Part shown: one piece after another, positions 50,051 to 64,000 of the stretch
Layout: the number at the start of each line of letters is the position of its first letter
Numbering within the stretch: position 1 is the stretch's first letter
DNA from: Octopus vulgaris
Taxonomy: Eukaryota
NCBI GenBank assembly: GCA_951406725.2
Contig: OX597815.1
Location: 28,830,001 to 28,894,000 of the forward strand
Reading direction: 5' to 3'
Length of the DNA: 64,000 bases
Notes under the pieces: generated by a model
Seen by the model: only the letters and a program-made list of their open reading frames with translations
What the model was told of the DNA's origin: nothing
Databases searched by the model: none
Made by a program: the position numbers and the translations under genes

Positions 50051-51782
50051 TTATAGCATACAAAGATGCTAATTTATATAAAATCTCTTGTATTACTTAA
50101 TTCTTTCTAATTTTAGCAGAGAACCAGCAACTTTGAGCGGCGCGGGGCGTGCAAGACGATTACATTGACTCCATTATTTAACTGATACTTTTATCGACTC
50201 CCGAAAGGATGAAGGTCAAAGGTGACCTCGACGAAATGTGAATTCAGAACGTAAAGAATCAGAAGGAATACTGCAAGGCATTTTCTCCACCGTTCTAACG
50301 ATTCTGCCTGTTCGCTGTCCTGTCTATATCATTTAATGATTTATTTTATTTTAATTTTTATTGTTGTTTTTTGTCTTTGCAAAATTTTTGGAGTGGCTTT
50401 TATCTATTTATTTAGTTGCTGATTTATTTTAGAGGGGAATTTTCTTAGTATAATATATTCAGGGTAATTTCGTGCCCTAACAAAGGCAGCTCTACAACAA
50501 TATGGTTAGTAAATCTTTTCTCTGGATGCTGTAATAATTCACTTTGTATACTTCCGTGACAAGACAAATACAAATCGGCTATATTGTGTTGGATATTTTC
50601 GGACAAATCTTGTAATACTTTATTTAGTGTAGTTTTCGTGCCATGACAATGGCAGCACGACTACATTGTTTTGTGGTTTTTCTAAACGACCGTTCACGTC
50701 CAATAGTCGTATGCACACACGTGCTGGGGAAACAACGCGCTGACCTAGATCTCGAACAAATGATCTTATGGGAAATGAAACAAGGGCATGATATACACTT
50801 ATCGTTTTGTGAAAGGGCAGAAATCTAAAAACAAATAAGCTTACAGGGAAATATTTGAACCAGTCGTTTAGATACATGCTTAAAAAAAAAAAATAGAATT
50901 TAGGGGCGGGATAATTTTAGTAAAATCATTATCTTTTTAAAGACTATTTTTCACTTCAATACTTCTCAGGCTCGTTTATTATTATTTTTTTTTTTTTTTT
51001 AGGATGTTGATGTTTATTGTAATAAAAGCCAAAATATTCTTTGTAATGTTACAAAACACAGTGTGGAAATCTATTACTAAATCATTGACTGCCACATCTG
51101 GTCCCTTATCCTAGCTGATCTTTGATAGGCAGAGATTGTATTTACTCTCATGGGTTGCGTGTGCGTGCGCGCGCGCTTGTGCGTGTAAGCTCGGTCGAGT
51201 GGTTAAGCAGTTCGCTTCGCAATTATAGTATCCAAGGTTCGATTCCAGTGAGTGGAATGCAAGACCAGTTTCTTTTGTCATGGCTAAATTGCTATAATAC
51301 ATAATTCAATATAATAATTGAATTATTATATTATCTGACGACTATTTTAAAACGAAATAGAGAAAATGTTGCATGCAAATTATAGGGATGATACTGATAC
51401 TTCATTTGGAAAGAGACCAGAGTGTGTATTTCATTGAAAGAAAGGAAAGGTAAACACTATAAGCTGTCAATAAAGAAAAAACTTGACTGCGTGGTTTGTA
51501 AGGAATCAACAAAATATGTGAGTGTGAGACCTACGATATTCCTCTATTCCATATTATGTTTTTTAACAAGAAAACTCCATTGTAGAAACCAAGAATTCAC
51601 GATTCCAGTAAAGCTATTCCAAGAATATACATTGTCAGTTTTAAAGAATCCGAACGCTTCCATCTTAGAATACTAATTTTTAATGTGAGAGGAATAATGA
51701 AATTTGATAATCTATCGACAGTAGATGGAGTTCTACATGTAACTTTGTTGGAGCTGCTTAACAACGAACTTTAATATATAAT

Positions 51783-51994
51783 CTTTTCTACTAAAGGCAC
51801 AATGCCTGAAATTTGTGGGAATGGGGTAGTCGATTACATCGACCCCAGTACTCAACTGGTACTTGATTTATCGACCCCGAAAGGATGAAAGGCAAAGTCG
51901 ACCTCGGCGGAATTTGAACTCAGAACGCAGCAACAGACAAAATACCATTAAGCATTTCGCCCGGCGTTCTAATGATTCTGCCAGTTCGCCGCCT
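51783..51994 (-). mobile_element. SINE family B
   Basis: Full head and central domain with the ggcacaa.gcctgaaattt tail variant. An older copy lies at 50105-50320. Confidence 0.88.
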
Positions 51995-53635
51995 TAACTT
52001 TAATAAATAATGGCTATGAAAAGATTACAAGTGTAGCTTCCCCTTATGAACTTCCTTCTTATTTCGGAAATTTGTTTGCTTTGATATGGCTCAATAAACA
52101 ATCAAAACATCAAAATAACTCCATCAGCAATTTGAAGAAAACAAAAGATTTCCTTAAGTAAGGAAATATTTTGAACACAGTAAAAAGAAATGCTTATGAA
52201 ACATTGAAAATACTTTATTCAAGGATTACTTAGAGTGTTCGGTATTGGGATTTCATAATCCCGTTACTGCTTTACATAATTTCGATAATGTGTATAGTCG
52301 ATTGCTGGCCATCCACATGACATATCCACATTGATTATACTGAGAGATAGCTTAGAACGACACTGCTACGACAGGAGGTTAAAGGTATCCCGTATTGAGT
52401 GGTATAAACTTGTCAATAAGATATCATTTAGTTATGCACCAAGGGTCATGTATTAAGAGTCAAGAGAACCAAGCGGTCAAGAATTAAATCTCATAGGCAG
52501 TGTGAGACAAGAGCAACATAAGATGAATTCTTGACGTGGCTTCGTAAAACTGACGATGGGGCTCTAGAAAATGATATGGCGATAGATTTATGTAGTACGG
52601 AAGTTCCTTGTGATTTGGTCACATGGAAATTGGAGAAATATATGATGAATCAAACGATATCACAAATGATGCGGCAACACGTGAAATTTCAACAATGATA
52701 ATCCTCACAAAAAGGAACAAAGATGCACTAAGCTCAATAATCAATTATTGGACCGTATACTCAGTCATGGCCCATCATACGAAAGTGATGAGGGATCGGC
52801 AATAAATTTTTCAATAAATTTTTTAAATAACAAAATTTATCAAAGATGGCGCTTCATGAGCTCAAAGGTCCCGTAATAATGCTTCTTCAAAACTAGAATT
52901 TAAGGATTGAACTTTTAAATGACATTTGTTTGGCCGTCCTATTAGTTTTATATTCATGCATGTATGTTCACAGAAAGCAAAGGCAATAACTTGCTCTTTC
53001 CAAGAAATGACGCAGCTCTAAAGAAAACACAATTTCCAAGTATTTCAGCTTTTACAATGGCGGTAAAGAAATCGTACGGTCACTCTGCCATAACCTGACT
53101 TCAGTCATTGCAATGTCATTTTGCAATGGCGAAACCAAAGAATAGATCTGACATATAATTATAGATTAAGATCAAGACTTCCTTCATCTTCTAGAAGATC
53201 AAGGCAAACTCTAGCAATTAAGCATCTTCACAAAGACTTATATAAAATTTAGTTATTACGTAATTAATTTCACATTAAAAAAAAACTCATTATTTCTGTG
53301 GGACATTAATCGAGTTTATTAAAGAAACAAAGATGCATTTAATGTTCAATAATCAATTATTGGATTTAGTAATGACACATCATACAAAAATGACGAGAGA
53401 TCGACAATAAATTTTTCTATTGAATTTTTTAAACAACAAAATTTATCAGTGATGTTTCTTCGCAAACTCACTACCACACACAAGCACATGCGTTCCCCCA
53501 CCCCTTCAACACACACATACGCACACTCACAAATATATGTATATATTTTGTATGTGTATGTATGCGTGCTGTTCAGTATATATGTATACAGTATAACGCT
53601 TTATAAAACATGCGTGCGCTCATACATGTAACTAT

Positions 53636-53681
<46 letters not shown>

Positions 53682-53835
53682 ACTTCATTTCATTTTACTA
53701 TATATATATTATTTATACTATATATTCTATATTCTACATTAATATAATAAAGAATATAAATAAAATATAAAAACAGAGTTGGAATTTCTTTGAATAATAT
53801 ATATATATATATTTCGTTTTTGGATTTGGATTTGG

Positions 53836-53877
<42 letters not shown>

Positions 53878-53946
53878 GTGTATATGTGTATGCATACATA
53901 TATATGTGTGTGTGTGTGTTTGTGTATGTGTGTGTGTGTTTGTGTA

Positions 53947-53986
<40 letters not shown>

Positions 53987-54733
53987 CATGCGTGTGTTTG
54001 TGAGCGTGTGGACAGAGTGAAGGAGGTAGATAAATGAGATAGATAGACACTAATATCCAGATGTGTGTAGTCGATTCGATTACTGTCCGCCCATATGATA
54101 TACCCATATTGATTATGGAGATAGTTTAGAATAACAGTTTGGTGATAACATTGTAGCGACAGGCGGTGAAAGGCATTATTCTATACAGTGATAAAACTAA
54201 ATTATGAGACGATTAGGCCCTTCTCCATAACATGGATAATTTCCGTATTTGATGGCATAGAAAACGCACTTTTTTCTCCAAAAAATCGTCCCAGATTCCT
54301 GAGCCCTATATGCGAAGTTGGGTCAATATTACATGCTTTAATACACGAAAAGAATTTTTTTTTCTTCGATATGCTCTGTTGTAATGCGTGTTCGTCTGAT
54401 ATGGATGTGTGTCTTTTACACCATCAAATACTGTTACAGTATCGCGTTGTTGCTGGTGTTGTATAACCCAAGGTCATCTATAACTAAGCAGTCTTATGAT
54501 CAAACACATTCCAACCATGATTATCACATCTTTCTTCTTTGGTATTGTGAACTTACCCTTTTCAAAATGATAGCGCATTAATTGTGAGAGATTTGACTGC
54601 TATTTCTAGGAGGAGGAGCGACTTCTTAAAGACTTTCCTCCCTCTCCTACTAGTCCGGACCCTGAAAAGGGACATGGGTACCACATTTATCCCTTGACCA
54701 TGCTATAAAAAATATTCAATACATGTCTTGGTA

Positions 54734-55080
54734 GGTGCAGGTATAGCTGTGTGGTTAAGAAACTCGCTTTGCAACCCCATGGTTTCTGGTTCAGTCCCAC
54801 TGCACGGCACTTTGGGCAGTTGTCTTCTACTTTAGCCTCAGGTCGACCATTACCTTGTAAGTGAATTTGGTAGACAGAAACTGTGTGGAAGCTCGTCCCG
54901 TCGTGTGTATGTTTGTGTGTGTGTTTTATGTTTGTACCCCCACTACCGCTGATAACTGTTGTAGGTTTACTTATGTCGTTTTGGTAACATAAGTACTGGA
55001 GTCGCTTTATTCGACTAGACCATTCAAGGCGGTACCCCAGTATGGCTACAGTCCAATGACTAACACAAGTATAAGATAAA
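54734..55080 (+). mobile_element. SINE family A, diverged
   Basis: gctgtgtggttaag..ggttcagtcccactgc..ggcggtaccccagtatggctacagtccaatgact. Confidence 0.8.
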
Positions 55081-55559
55081 AGTTACTAAATAGTTTTGAT
55101 CAATTTTAACCATCGAAAGTATTTTGTCGGATTAAATCTAGTAAGTCTTAGATGTGAGGGTCTCAGGCCTTTTCTCAGGCGATAGGACACCCTATTATGC
55201 ATTAACGTCTATTCGTTGGTTATAAAGATCTATCGTTTATCAGTGAAGCTTACCTTCCCCCGAATGGCTTTGTATGTAAAGGGTTTCGAAGAAGGGTGTA
55301 TTAAGGGGTATCCTGCTTAACAGAATGTAATATGAAAAATCGAGGAGGGTCGTGCAAATGTGCTCTTATGTGAGGGGATCTCAGTTAAACCAAGATAAAT
55401 AAATGGTTTAATAATTCAGCTTCTGAAAAGTCAGGTACTTGCTAAAAGACAACGTAAATGGGACAAATGTCTAATTATCATCCGTCTAAAACGAAACAAT
55501 AATCGAAGTAAAGAGGAACACTATGAAATAGCCACAGAAAAAGTGATAGCTCAAAGATA

Positions 55560-55895
55560 AAGTAAAGACCCCTTTTGGTCACGAATGACCACAGGATTGC
55601 ACCTAGAAAGTTACCCTCCGAGGTACAAATCCGAGTAAAGTTGTTTATGGAAGACCAGCAGTCGTCCGTTCATGCCAGTTTCCCCTTCTCAATGCCACCG
55701 ACGTTATCCAAGGGAAAGGCAAAGGCCGATACAGCTTGGCACCAGTGACGTCGCAATTCATTTCTACAACTGAGTGAACTGGAGCAACGTGAAATAAAGT
55801 GTCTTGTCCAAGAACACAACATAGCCCGGTCCGGAAATCAAACTCACAACTACACGATTGTAATCCCGACGCTCCAGCCATTGAGCTTTGCGCCT
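55560..55895 (-). mobile_element. SINE family C, tail type 2, full length
   Basis: Minus strand reads ggcgcaaagctcaatggctggagcg..gagtttgatttccgg..CORE..tail ending ggggtctttacttt. Confidence 0.88.
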
Positions 55896-56674
55896 TCACT
55901 ACACCTTAAAGATAGGATATTCATTTTAGTGTGCACCTTACTATGGTACTTTGTTTTCCTGAAATATTACACTGAATTTCCTTGTTGTTTTCTTGAGGAT
56001 GACACGAAGCCTATTACTTCAGAAGATGTGTAGTTCAAAGTAATAAAATATGTCTTTTTTTTAATATTTGCAACCTTAATGGATCGAAGTAACTCAACCG
56101 AAAATCGAAATCGCTTTGCGAACTCGAGGATTCGCAGGGACTACACTTTCTACCGTACGTTATTCGCCTGTATTTAATAGCGCAAAGATTTAAATGCTTG
56201 TCATTAAGCGATATGCGTCGAAAAGGCTACGACAACAACAACAACAAAAACAATAATAATAATAATAATAAAAATGGTGGTGTCATATAATATCAAGTTG
56301 GAAGCTAAAAGTCATCTGGGTTCAAGCTGTTATTTGTTATATAAGTAGAAACATTCAAAGTAGGTGGTATTTTGACAAGTTCTCATATAAATGCGTGACA
56401 TGAAGGAGCCAGATAGAGAATAGCTCTGGAATATGAAAGGGATGTAATGATATCGTGATGTGTTATCACTGTTTTGGGGTATTTTGCAACATCATGTCAC
56501 TGAAGCAGGGTGATTCAGTAGTTTTGTAATTCAACCAAATATTATACAATAATAAGCTAAGTTTGAAAGGGTCACAGTTTGTTGACCCTACAAGGTAACC
56601 TGTTGAGTAACTAATAGATTTGATTTCCTTCCGATAATTGAGAGATTAATGAGAAAAAGTAATTGTTTCTTATA

Positions 56675-56908
56675 CAGGGTTGCCCAAAAGTAGGTTTAGT
56701 TATTCAACAATCTCTTTCGCATTCATATATTAACAGTTTAGATCTTAATTATTAAAAAAATGTGAAACCATTATTCTATGCTAATTTAGTTAATTGAGCC
56801 AAGCTCCCTTTTCAGTTTGTAAGATAGTAATTTAAATGTAATAAAATGTTTTAAAAGAAATTTAAAGTGCTTACGTGATAACTGTAAATCTACGTTTGGG
56901 CCACCCTG
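56675..56908. mobile_element. Tc1/mariner-type MITE
   Basis: TIRs cagggttgcccaaaagtaggttta and taaatctacgtttgggccaccctg, with TA flanks. Confidence 0.85.
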
Positions 56909-57061
56909 TATATAGATCAAATGTGATTTTTAGATGAGGGGATATATATTAAAATGATCAAGCCTTAGCTAAAACAAATAAAGTTGTTTGATATGAAATG
57001 TATCCAACAAGGAATGGAAACCAAGTGAGGGATGTAAATCATCGTGAGTTAACCTCTACAC

Positions 57062-57410
57062 CAGTGGCTCTCAACCAGGGCCCATATGGCCCCTGGAGAT
57101 CCATATAAGATTTTTGGGGTCCACGCAACAAAGTAGTAATTTAGGGGTCCCCAACAGTATTTTAAGGGCCCTTGGAAAAATTTTGCTTTGGATGTATGTA
57201 TTGGTATATATTGCAAGAAACAACTAGGTTTCTTTCTATAACATTTTACATAGTTCGACCTACACAAGTTAATGTGTGAAAAACAAAATAGAAATTTTGA
57301 AAGAAGATTCTTATAAAACTAGTTTTTAAACATCGATTGGCTATGGGGGTCCACTAGAATAAAATAGTAATCAAAGGGGTCCATAGATCAAAAATGGCTG
57401 AGAACCCCTG
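57062..57410. mobile_element. hAT (Charlie-like) MITE
   Basis: TIRs cagtggctctcaacc and ggctgagaacccctg; 8-bp TSD ctctacac/ctctccac. Confidence 0.88.
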
Positions 57411-57739
57411 CTCTCCACTATGACGTTCAACCTCGAAATAGGGAAACTGGGTAATTAATTAAATATTATTAGTGATAAAGATTCCTTTCTTTGATTTGTC
57501 ACAACTCATCTGAGTTTCCTCGCAACATCCGGGGATTATTGCTGTGATTTAGCCCTATGCCATTTATAATCAAGCCAATGATCAAAATGTGTCCCATAGT
57601 GACCATCCTACCAAATTTTGAGACATATTGTCCATATAACTAGATTATCTAAAATGTCCCTTTTTGTAACTGCTATTTCTAGTGAATCGGGCGACTACAT
57701 GCAAGCTCCTACCTTGACACGCTCCTGCCTCAGGTACTC

Positions 57740-58220
57740 CCTTAATCACCAATAATTAATCACCATCTTTTGTCTCACATCGAGGACATCTATTTCACTT
57801 CACCGGTCGCTAAAATCATAGTTCTTGGAGACTTCAAAGTTCATAAGTCCTCTTTACTCTCGCACTTTTCTTATACTGGTGCACCTCATCAAAAGAAAGC
57901 CAATTTAGATGATTGGAAAAGAATCACTCATCATCTCGCTTCAATTTGTTTACCCCCAAAACATTGTCACACTGCACTGCTTTTTCTACTCCTTCTACCA
58001 GTGCCTCTCTTCCTTAAAGCCAGCTAGCTAAATATAATTTCTCTCGGAACCCACCAACAACTTCCTCTCTTGTCGTCATTCATAGTGTACTATCCTCCTG
58101 ATACCGCACGAACCTTTATTCACTTTTTCTTGAAGTTTATCGCCCCCAACTTTTTATTTTCTTCAGCAATTGTTAACTGCACTCATCTTTCCTGTCTTCG
58201 AAGCTTTGAAACAGCTTGCT
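57740..58220 (+). mobile_element. Heavily deleted CR1/L2-like LINE remnant
   Basis: SHIEDIYFTSPVAKIIVLGDFKVH is an APE GDFN-like motif; a YRP-like RT motif occurs near 58138. Confidence 0.55.
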
Positions 58221-58589
58221 AGTGTACATGTCGAGTGCCTGTAGGTTTCGGGTGTCATCAAGAGAGAATGCACATCGAATCGGGTCCTTCCACTCGACGG
58301 CTTTGTAGCGCAATCTATTACTCTTCTCTTAACCAAAAATGAATGGGGTTAACATAGGTACCAGTAATATTCTATGATCGATTTCATGAAATGAAACTTA
58401 TTGTTACTATTTATATCAGTGTTTTATTAATGAAACTGGTGTTAAGGTTAGAGCACCGAACCATCAAGTAATTGACTTGCTGTAGCAAATTCTGTTTGTA
58501 GAATTCTTTGCTAGATCCAAAAAAATAGAGTTAACATCTCAAAACTTGAATTTTATTACCACAATTCGATGCATGTTCTTATGCGAGCG

Positions 58590-58647
<58 letters not shown>

Positions 58648-58782
58648 AAGAAATTTTCTCAAAAACAAAGTTTGATATATTTGGCGAGAAGTGGAATATA
58701 CTGTAAAATGATAGTCTGATATACTATGATGTCGCGTGTGTGCTTCTGCGCACGTGCGTGTATGTGTGAGTGTGTGTGTGTG

Positions 58783-58856
<74 letters not shown>

Positions 58857-59576
58857 CGAAAACTTTTTAGATGCTTGAATATTAGGGAGGAATGCTAAAA
58901 TGTCATAGTATTATATTTTGGTATAAGGTTGCAGACTTGGAACACGATATTCTATCATAGTGTCATCTCATACTCTCAGATTTTAAGCGTTGATCTAGAT
59001 CTTGTTTCTACGTCTCAAGGAATCCCAAAGTTTCAAAACAATGTCTAAATATGTATTTTTGTAAACAATGTCAGAATAGTGACTGGCTTACAAATAAAGA
59101 AAGAAATTGATTGGTATAAAGTTTTTGAGGCGTAACATGAAAATGAAAACATCCGTAAAACGACACATTCGCTCGACCACACAGAAATAGTAACCGAATC
59201 TCTCGAGAGGCACACCCTACCGTTTTAAAAATAGGAAGAAGGAAGAATATATTGAGCAATACAGTCATGACTAGCAAAATGCCTTTGATGATAAATCTGT
59301 TAGATTAAAACTAGTTCGGGTTAAACAACGTTATCCTTGTATTTTCCGTCGGGTTGCAAAAATTAGTACTTTATGCATTGTCACGGTTAGATAAAATTGT
59401 TCAGAAAGTCTTCGTTCCTTGAAATCTCACCTTGTTCTGAACGTTTCACGGCAAACTTTTGCCAAGTGTATATTTCTTGCCTGTTAATTTGTTGTTTGTT
59501 TTGTTACTATCTTATGTATGATGCACTGACCGAAACAATAGAGTATCAGACAAAACCTCAAGCAATATGTTATTAC

Positions 59577-60165
59577 AAGGCGGCGAGCTGGCAGAAACGT
59601 TAGCACGCTGGGCGAAATGCTTAGCGGTATTTCGTCTGCCGCTACGTTCTGAGTTCAAATTCCGCCGAATCCGACTTTGCCTTTCATCCTTTCGGGGTCG
59701 ATAAATTAAGTACCAGTTACGCACTGGGGTCGATGTAATCGACTTAATACCTATGCCTGTCCTTGTTTGTCCCCTCTGTGTTTAGCTCCTTGTGGGTAAT
59801 AAAGAAATAGGTATTTTGCTCGGCGAAATGCTTAGCGTTCTGAGTTCAAATTCCGCCGAGGTCGACTTTGCCTTTCATTCTTTCGGGGTCGATTAAATAA
59901 GTACCAGTTACGAACCGGGGTCGATATAATCGACTTAATCTGTTTGTCTGTCCTTGTTTGTCCTCTCTGTGTTTAGCCCCTTGTGGGTAGTAAATAAATA
60001 GGTATTTCGCCTGTCTTTATGTTCTGAGTTCAAATTCCGTCGACGTCGACTTTGCCTTTCATCCTACCGGGGTCGATAAATTAAGTACCAATTGCGTACT
60101 GAGATCAATGTAATTGACTGGCCCCCTCCTTCAAAATTTGGGGGCTTGTGCCAAGAGGAGAAAAG
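59577..60165 (+). mobile_element. Three tandem SINE family B units
   Basis: gttctgagttcaaattccg..cgactttgcctttcat recurs near 59647, 59837 and 60021. Confidence 0.9.
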
Positions 60166-60517
60166 AATATGTTATCACGTTCTGAGTTGAAATCCCGCTG
60201 AGATCTATTTCACTTTATATATTTCTGAAGTCGATAAAATCAATCAACTATTTATTTAATTGTATTTAAAAGGCTGTGAATTTGAGCCAAAGGTGGAAAT
60301 CCTGATTTTATTATTTGATTTCGAGTCAGTAGAATGGCAGGATGTTTAAAAACGCTGGATAAAAATCTTATGTTTAGTTATGTCATTTTACCTTCTGAGT
60401 TCGAATCTTGTTGGGTCGACTTGCCTTTCGCTTTTCAAAGTAAAAGAATTCAATAAAATTCAAATCAACTAAACCCTCTCTCAAAATGTTTGGCTGTGTG
60501 CTTATGTTAGAAATCGC

Positions 60518-60584
<67 letters not shown>

Positions 60585-60718
60585 TATTTCATATATACAT
60601 ATATGGTATATGTATGTATATTCTTATAATTATCAGTTTAATAAATAAGTAAGTTAACATTTTTAACGTCCTAAAGTTGATGAACCAACTATTGTTCTCC
60701 TCCATTTTCTTATTTGCA

Positions 60719-60752
<34 letters not shown>

Positions 60753-61359
60753 AAAAAATATATATAAAAATACAAAATGGGACAAGAACACAAAACACTC
60801 AAATAGACGACACAAAAAAATGGACGGGTCATTCGAAGCCTCTAAATTTCAGTCAAGAACCGGATCATCCTCGCAATTTCGGCTGATTACAGGTGAACAC
60901 ATAAGTGCGAAACAAGGTAGAATGAATAGTACTTAAATACCAAACGTGGAGTAATGTGGGGTTTTTTTTTTTTTAAAGCTACAAACTTCCCGTTCATACA
61001 TACACACATATGAAATAGTCGTGATAAATACTTATCACAACTGTCCGACGAACGGGAATGTGAAACTGAGTAACAGTTCTGTAATAATTTTGCAGTTTTA
61101 ATAAAATGTGTGTGTGTGCGAGTGTGTGTGTGTGTATGTGTGTGTGGGGGGAGTGTACTGCAAAACGAAGACGCGGTAAGAAGAAACAGAGTGTATGAGG
61201 TTTAAGCTCAAGAAAAACTTTGAATCCTTTACTGATGCCAATAAAAGTCTGCAGCCATTGTGGGGCACAGCTTCAAGCTTACATTTGATCATATTTTAAC
61301 ACCCTCTATTTGTTGAACTGCTAGTTACGGAACCTAAACGTACAAACATACATATTGGT

Positions 61360-61561
61360 TTCAAATTTTGACACAAGGCCCACAATTTCGAGGTAGGGAT
61401 GAGTCGACAACAGTGACCCCAGTGCTTAACTGGCTTTTATTTTATCAACTCCGAAAGGATAAAAGACAAAATCGACCTCAGCGGAGTTCGAACTCAGAAC
61501 GTAAAGAAATTTCATTAAGCATTTAGCCCGGCGTGCTAACGATTCTGCCAGGTCGCCGCCT
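61360..61561 (-). mobile_element. SINE family B, diverged
   Basis: ccgaaaggataaaagacaaaatcgacctc...gtgctaacgattctgccaggtcgccgcc. Confidence 0.85.
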
Positions 61562-62440
61562 TTATATTCCAAACCGATATCTACTTCGACTTATTCTATT
61601 CCACGAATTTGAGTAAAGATAATGCTCACCACTCTTACTTGGTTGTTGTTGTTGTTGCTGTTGTTGCTATTGTTTTTGGTGGTGATGGAGTTGTCCGCAG
61701 GTCAACTCATGCATATTCGAAGACGTTTCAGTCGTGGCTACCACGTTTTTACCTATGATTAGAGCTGGATTTGCCTGCTATTTCTAGTAGATCGAGCAAC
61801 TGCTTTGGGGTTTACTCGTTCGCTCATCGCCGCTCTTTGATGTACTAAAATTTATCGTGTGTGTGTTCGCGTCTATACACACACACACATTCATATACAT
61901 ATGTATACAAATACACACACATGCATACAATCATACATATATATTCATATAATATATATGCGTGATTGTCTCTCTGTGTGTGTGTGTGTGTAAGAGAAAC
62001 AAAGTCTATTTGTGTGTATGCGCGTCTGTGTTCGCATTTTGTTCGTTGTTTTATTGTTTCCACTAATGAGGGCTTGTCTCAGCTGACTGCTCAATCATCC
62101 TGTTGTTTCTGTCCAAATTCTACAGATATCTAATCTTTTTACCATCATTAATCCAACATGCTATGAACCTATCCTATACTTTCGATCAAAAGCGGAAAAA
62201 ATTATCTGGCGTCAACCTAGAACGTTGGGAGTTCTATTTTTACAGACAATTGCTTCAACTGTTCTTTAAAATTTGCATAAAATGGGAGTTTTTTTTACCA
62301 TAATTTTTTATAACTTTTACCCCTTTTTTTCCTTCTTCTCAATTTATTTTCTCTAAGTGCAAAGCTGCACCTTTTTTGCCGTGAGGGTTGGAAGAGAAGA
62401 GTGAGTCGAAGGCTGTCGAACCTTACCGATATCTAGAATA

Positions 62441-63080
62441 CAGTAATGCCTCGGTATACGAGTTAATTTGTTCCCAGATATCGCTCGTAAAGTGAAAACT
62501 CGTAAAGGTGAGCAATAATTTCCCATAGTAGCAATGAAATTCTATGCCGTCATTTTACTCCGTAACCGTGTAGATGCGTCAGAACCAGTGTTGCCACATG
62601 TTTCAATGTTGCCACACACACAAAATGGCTGTTTTTATATTTATTTTTTATGTTTATATTCATAAAATATAACTCATAAACCCGGTAAGTCTCGCAAAGC
62701 GGGTCCTCGTAAAGTGAGATATTACTAATGCATGGATTGCTAAGATCAGTTTATAAAGGAGATTGCTTAGTCGATTGAATCTAGAACCCGAGCCAACTGC
62801 AGGAAAAATATGGGCATGGAAGAAATTCGAGCCACAGTCTAACATTTTCGGTGCCATTTTAAAAACATTCATTTTTTAATATTTTACCCAAGTTACTATG
62901 ACACCACATCTTTCTCTGACTAGATACATTAATACCTTGATATGCGAGTTAATTTGTTTCCAGAGACCGCTCGTAAAGCGAAGACTCGTAAAGCAGAGCA
63001 ATAATTTCACATAGTAGCAATGTTTTAAATTGTAATTCGTTCCCAGCAAAACATGTTAACTATAAAATTTATAATACTCG
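62441..63080. mobile_element. Tigger/pogo-like MITE (62441-62727) and a second left-end copy (62927-63080)
   Basis: TA-cagtaatgcctcggtatacgag pairs with ctcgtaaagtgagatattact. The sequence gagttaatttgttc..cgctcgtaaag..gagcaataatttc.catagtagcaatg is repeated at 62946-63023. Confidence 0.75.
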
Positions 63081-64000
63081 TAAATATATGGCAATAAAAC
63101 AACAGAAAAATGTAAAGAATATTTTATGTAAAGAAAAAGTAATGTCAAGATCATTTCTAATAAAAAATGTTATTATTATTATCGTTTACTGAATCACTTT
63201 CACTCGCGCACACCATCACTTGTAGAGGCAATCGCCGATTCACAAGCACTCGTAGACGTACTTTTTTTTCACTCTATAAAGTTTTGGGAACTGGTGGGGA
63301 AGGACATTTAAAGGATCATAACGATACGGAATTTGAACTCAGATTAAGACGGGCGAAATGCCCCTGTGTATTTTACCCGGTACGATAACGAGTCTGCCAG
63401 CTTGCAGGTTTACGATTTAATTAATTATACAATAACATATACAAACGGTTCAAATAAATAAGGGAGTGTGTGTAACTGAGTAGAGTACTACGTTGAGTAT
63501 GTGACCAAGTCACTTTACATTTCAGGTGGTATAGATCACCTGGCTGCAAATAAGTGCAACACTCAGTTATAAGTACTGAATAACTAAGAAGTGATTCGTT
63601 GATTTCTAGCATTGACTAATGCTGAGAGTATGGCTTGAAAAGAGATCAATTCAGTCAAACTGACTTGCGTTAAATACCCTACACAAATGCTTCATCTATT
63701 CGTAGGTTATGAGACTTTACCATCAAAATATATTTGCTACCGATTTAGAATTATTTTCATAAATACTGTAAATCGTAAGAAAGATTTCAACTTCGGCCAC
63801 TCTTCAATTATTGTAGCAACTCTGTCTCCTGTTGCACTCTTCTTCGCACTGTTAAGGGGTAGGTAGGAGACAGATCAGCATATAAAGCAGAAATAAAAGG
63901 ATAACAGCACATAATTTTTCATTGGTGAGGCTGTCAACTAATTTACCCAGCAATTGACACTCTTAAAGCAATAGAAACAATAATATACGTACGATAAGCT

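Noticed and set aside
50620-50877. 85-aa ORF or exon candidate after ttatttgtttttag
   Set aside because: No recognisable homology and the donor is ambiguous.

Overview
AT-rich, microsatellite-dense eukaryotic DNA. The SINE complement resembles what I recall of octopus tRNA-derived SINEs, so a coleoid cephalopod (Octopus) origin is inferred, not proven. I see no intact protein-coding gene, no rRNA and no CRISPR array. Most ORFs in the track are translations of (TA)n, (CA)n, (TATG)n or (GATA)n repeats or of SINEs. The window is a layered transposon graveyard. It has three tRNA-headed SINE families with more than 25 copies, and LINE remnants of the RTE, CR1, I/Jockey-like and R4/Dong (restriction-like endonuclease) types. 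It also has mariner, maT-like and hAT transposase relics, two non-autonomous Helitrons and several MITEs. The most notable observations are: (1) minimal type I hammerhead ribozyme motifs of the Penelope-like-element kind, two with an intact core; (2) two different microsatellite-associated R4/Dong-like retrotransposons, one in (TAA)n and one arrayed in (CATA)n; (3) an RTE copy with twin-priming-like 5' inversion; (4) a CR1 3' end sharing its tail with the commonest SINE; (5) a four-copy cluster of an 8-bp-TSD MITE carrying telomere-type repeats; (6) two paralogous fragments of an unrecognised ORF; (7) two 39-nt candidate micro-exons on the minus strand. I found no convincing wholly new multi-gene system. 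Coordinates of degenerate elements are approximate.
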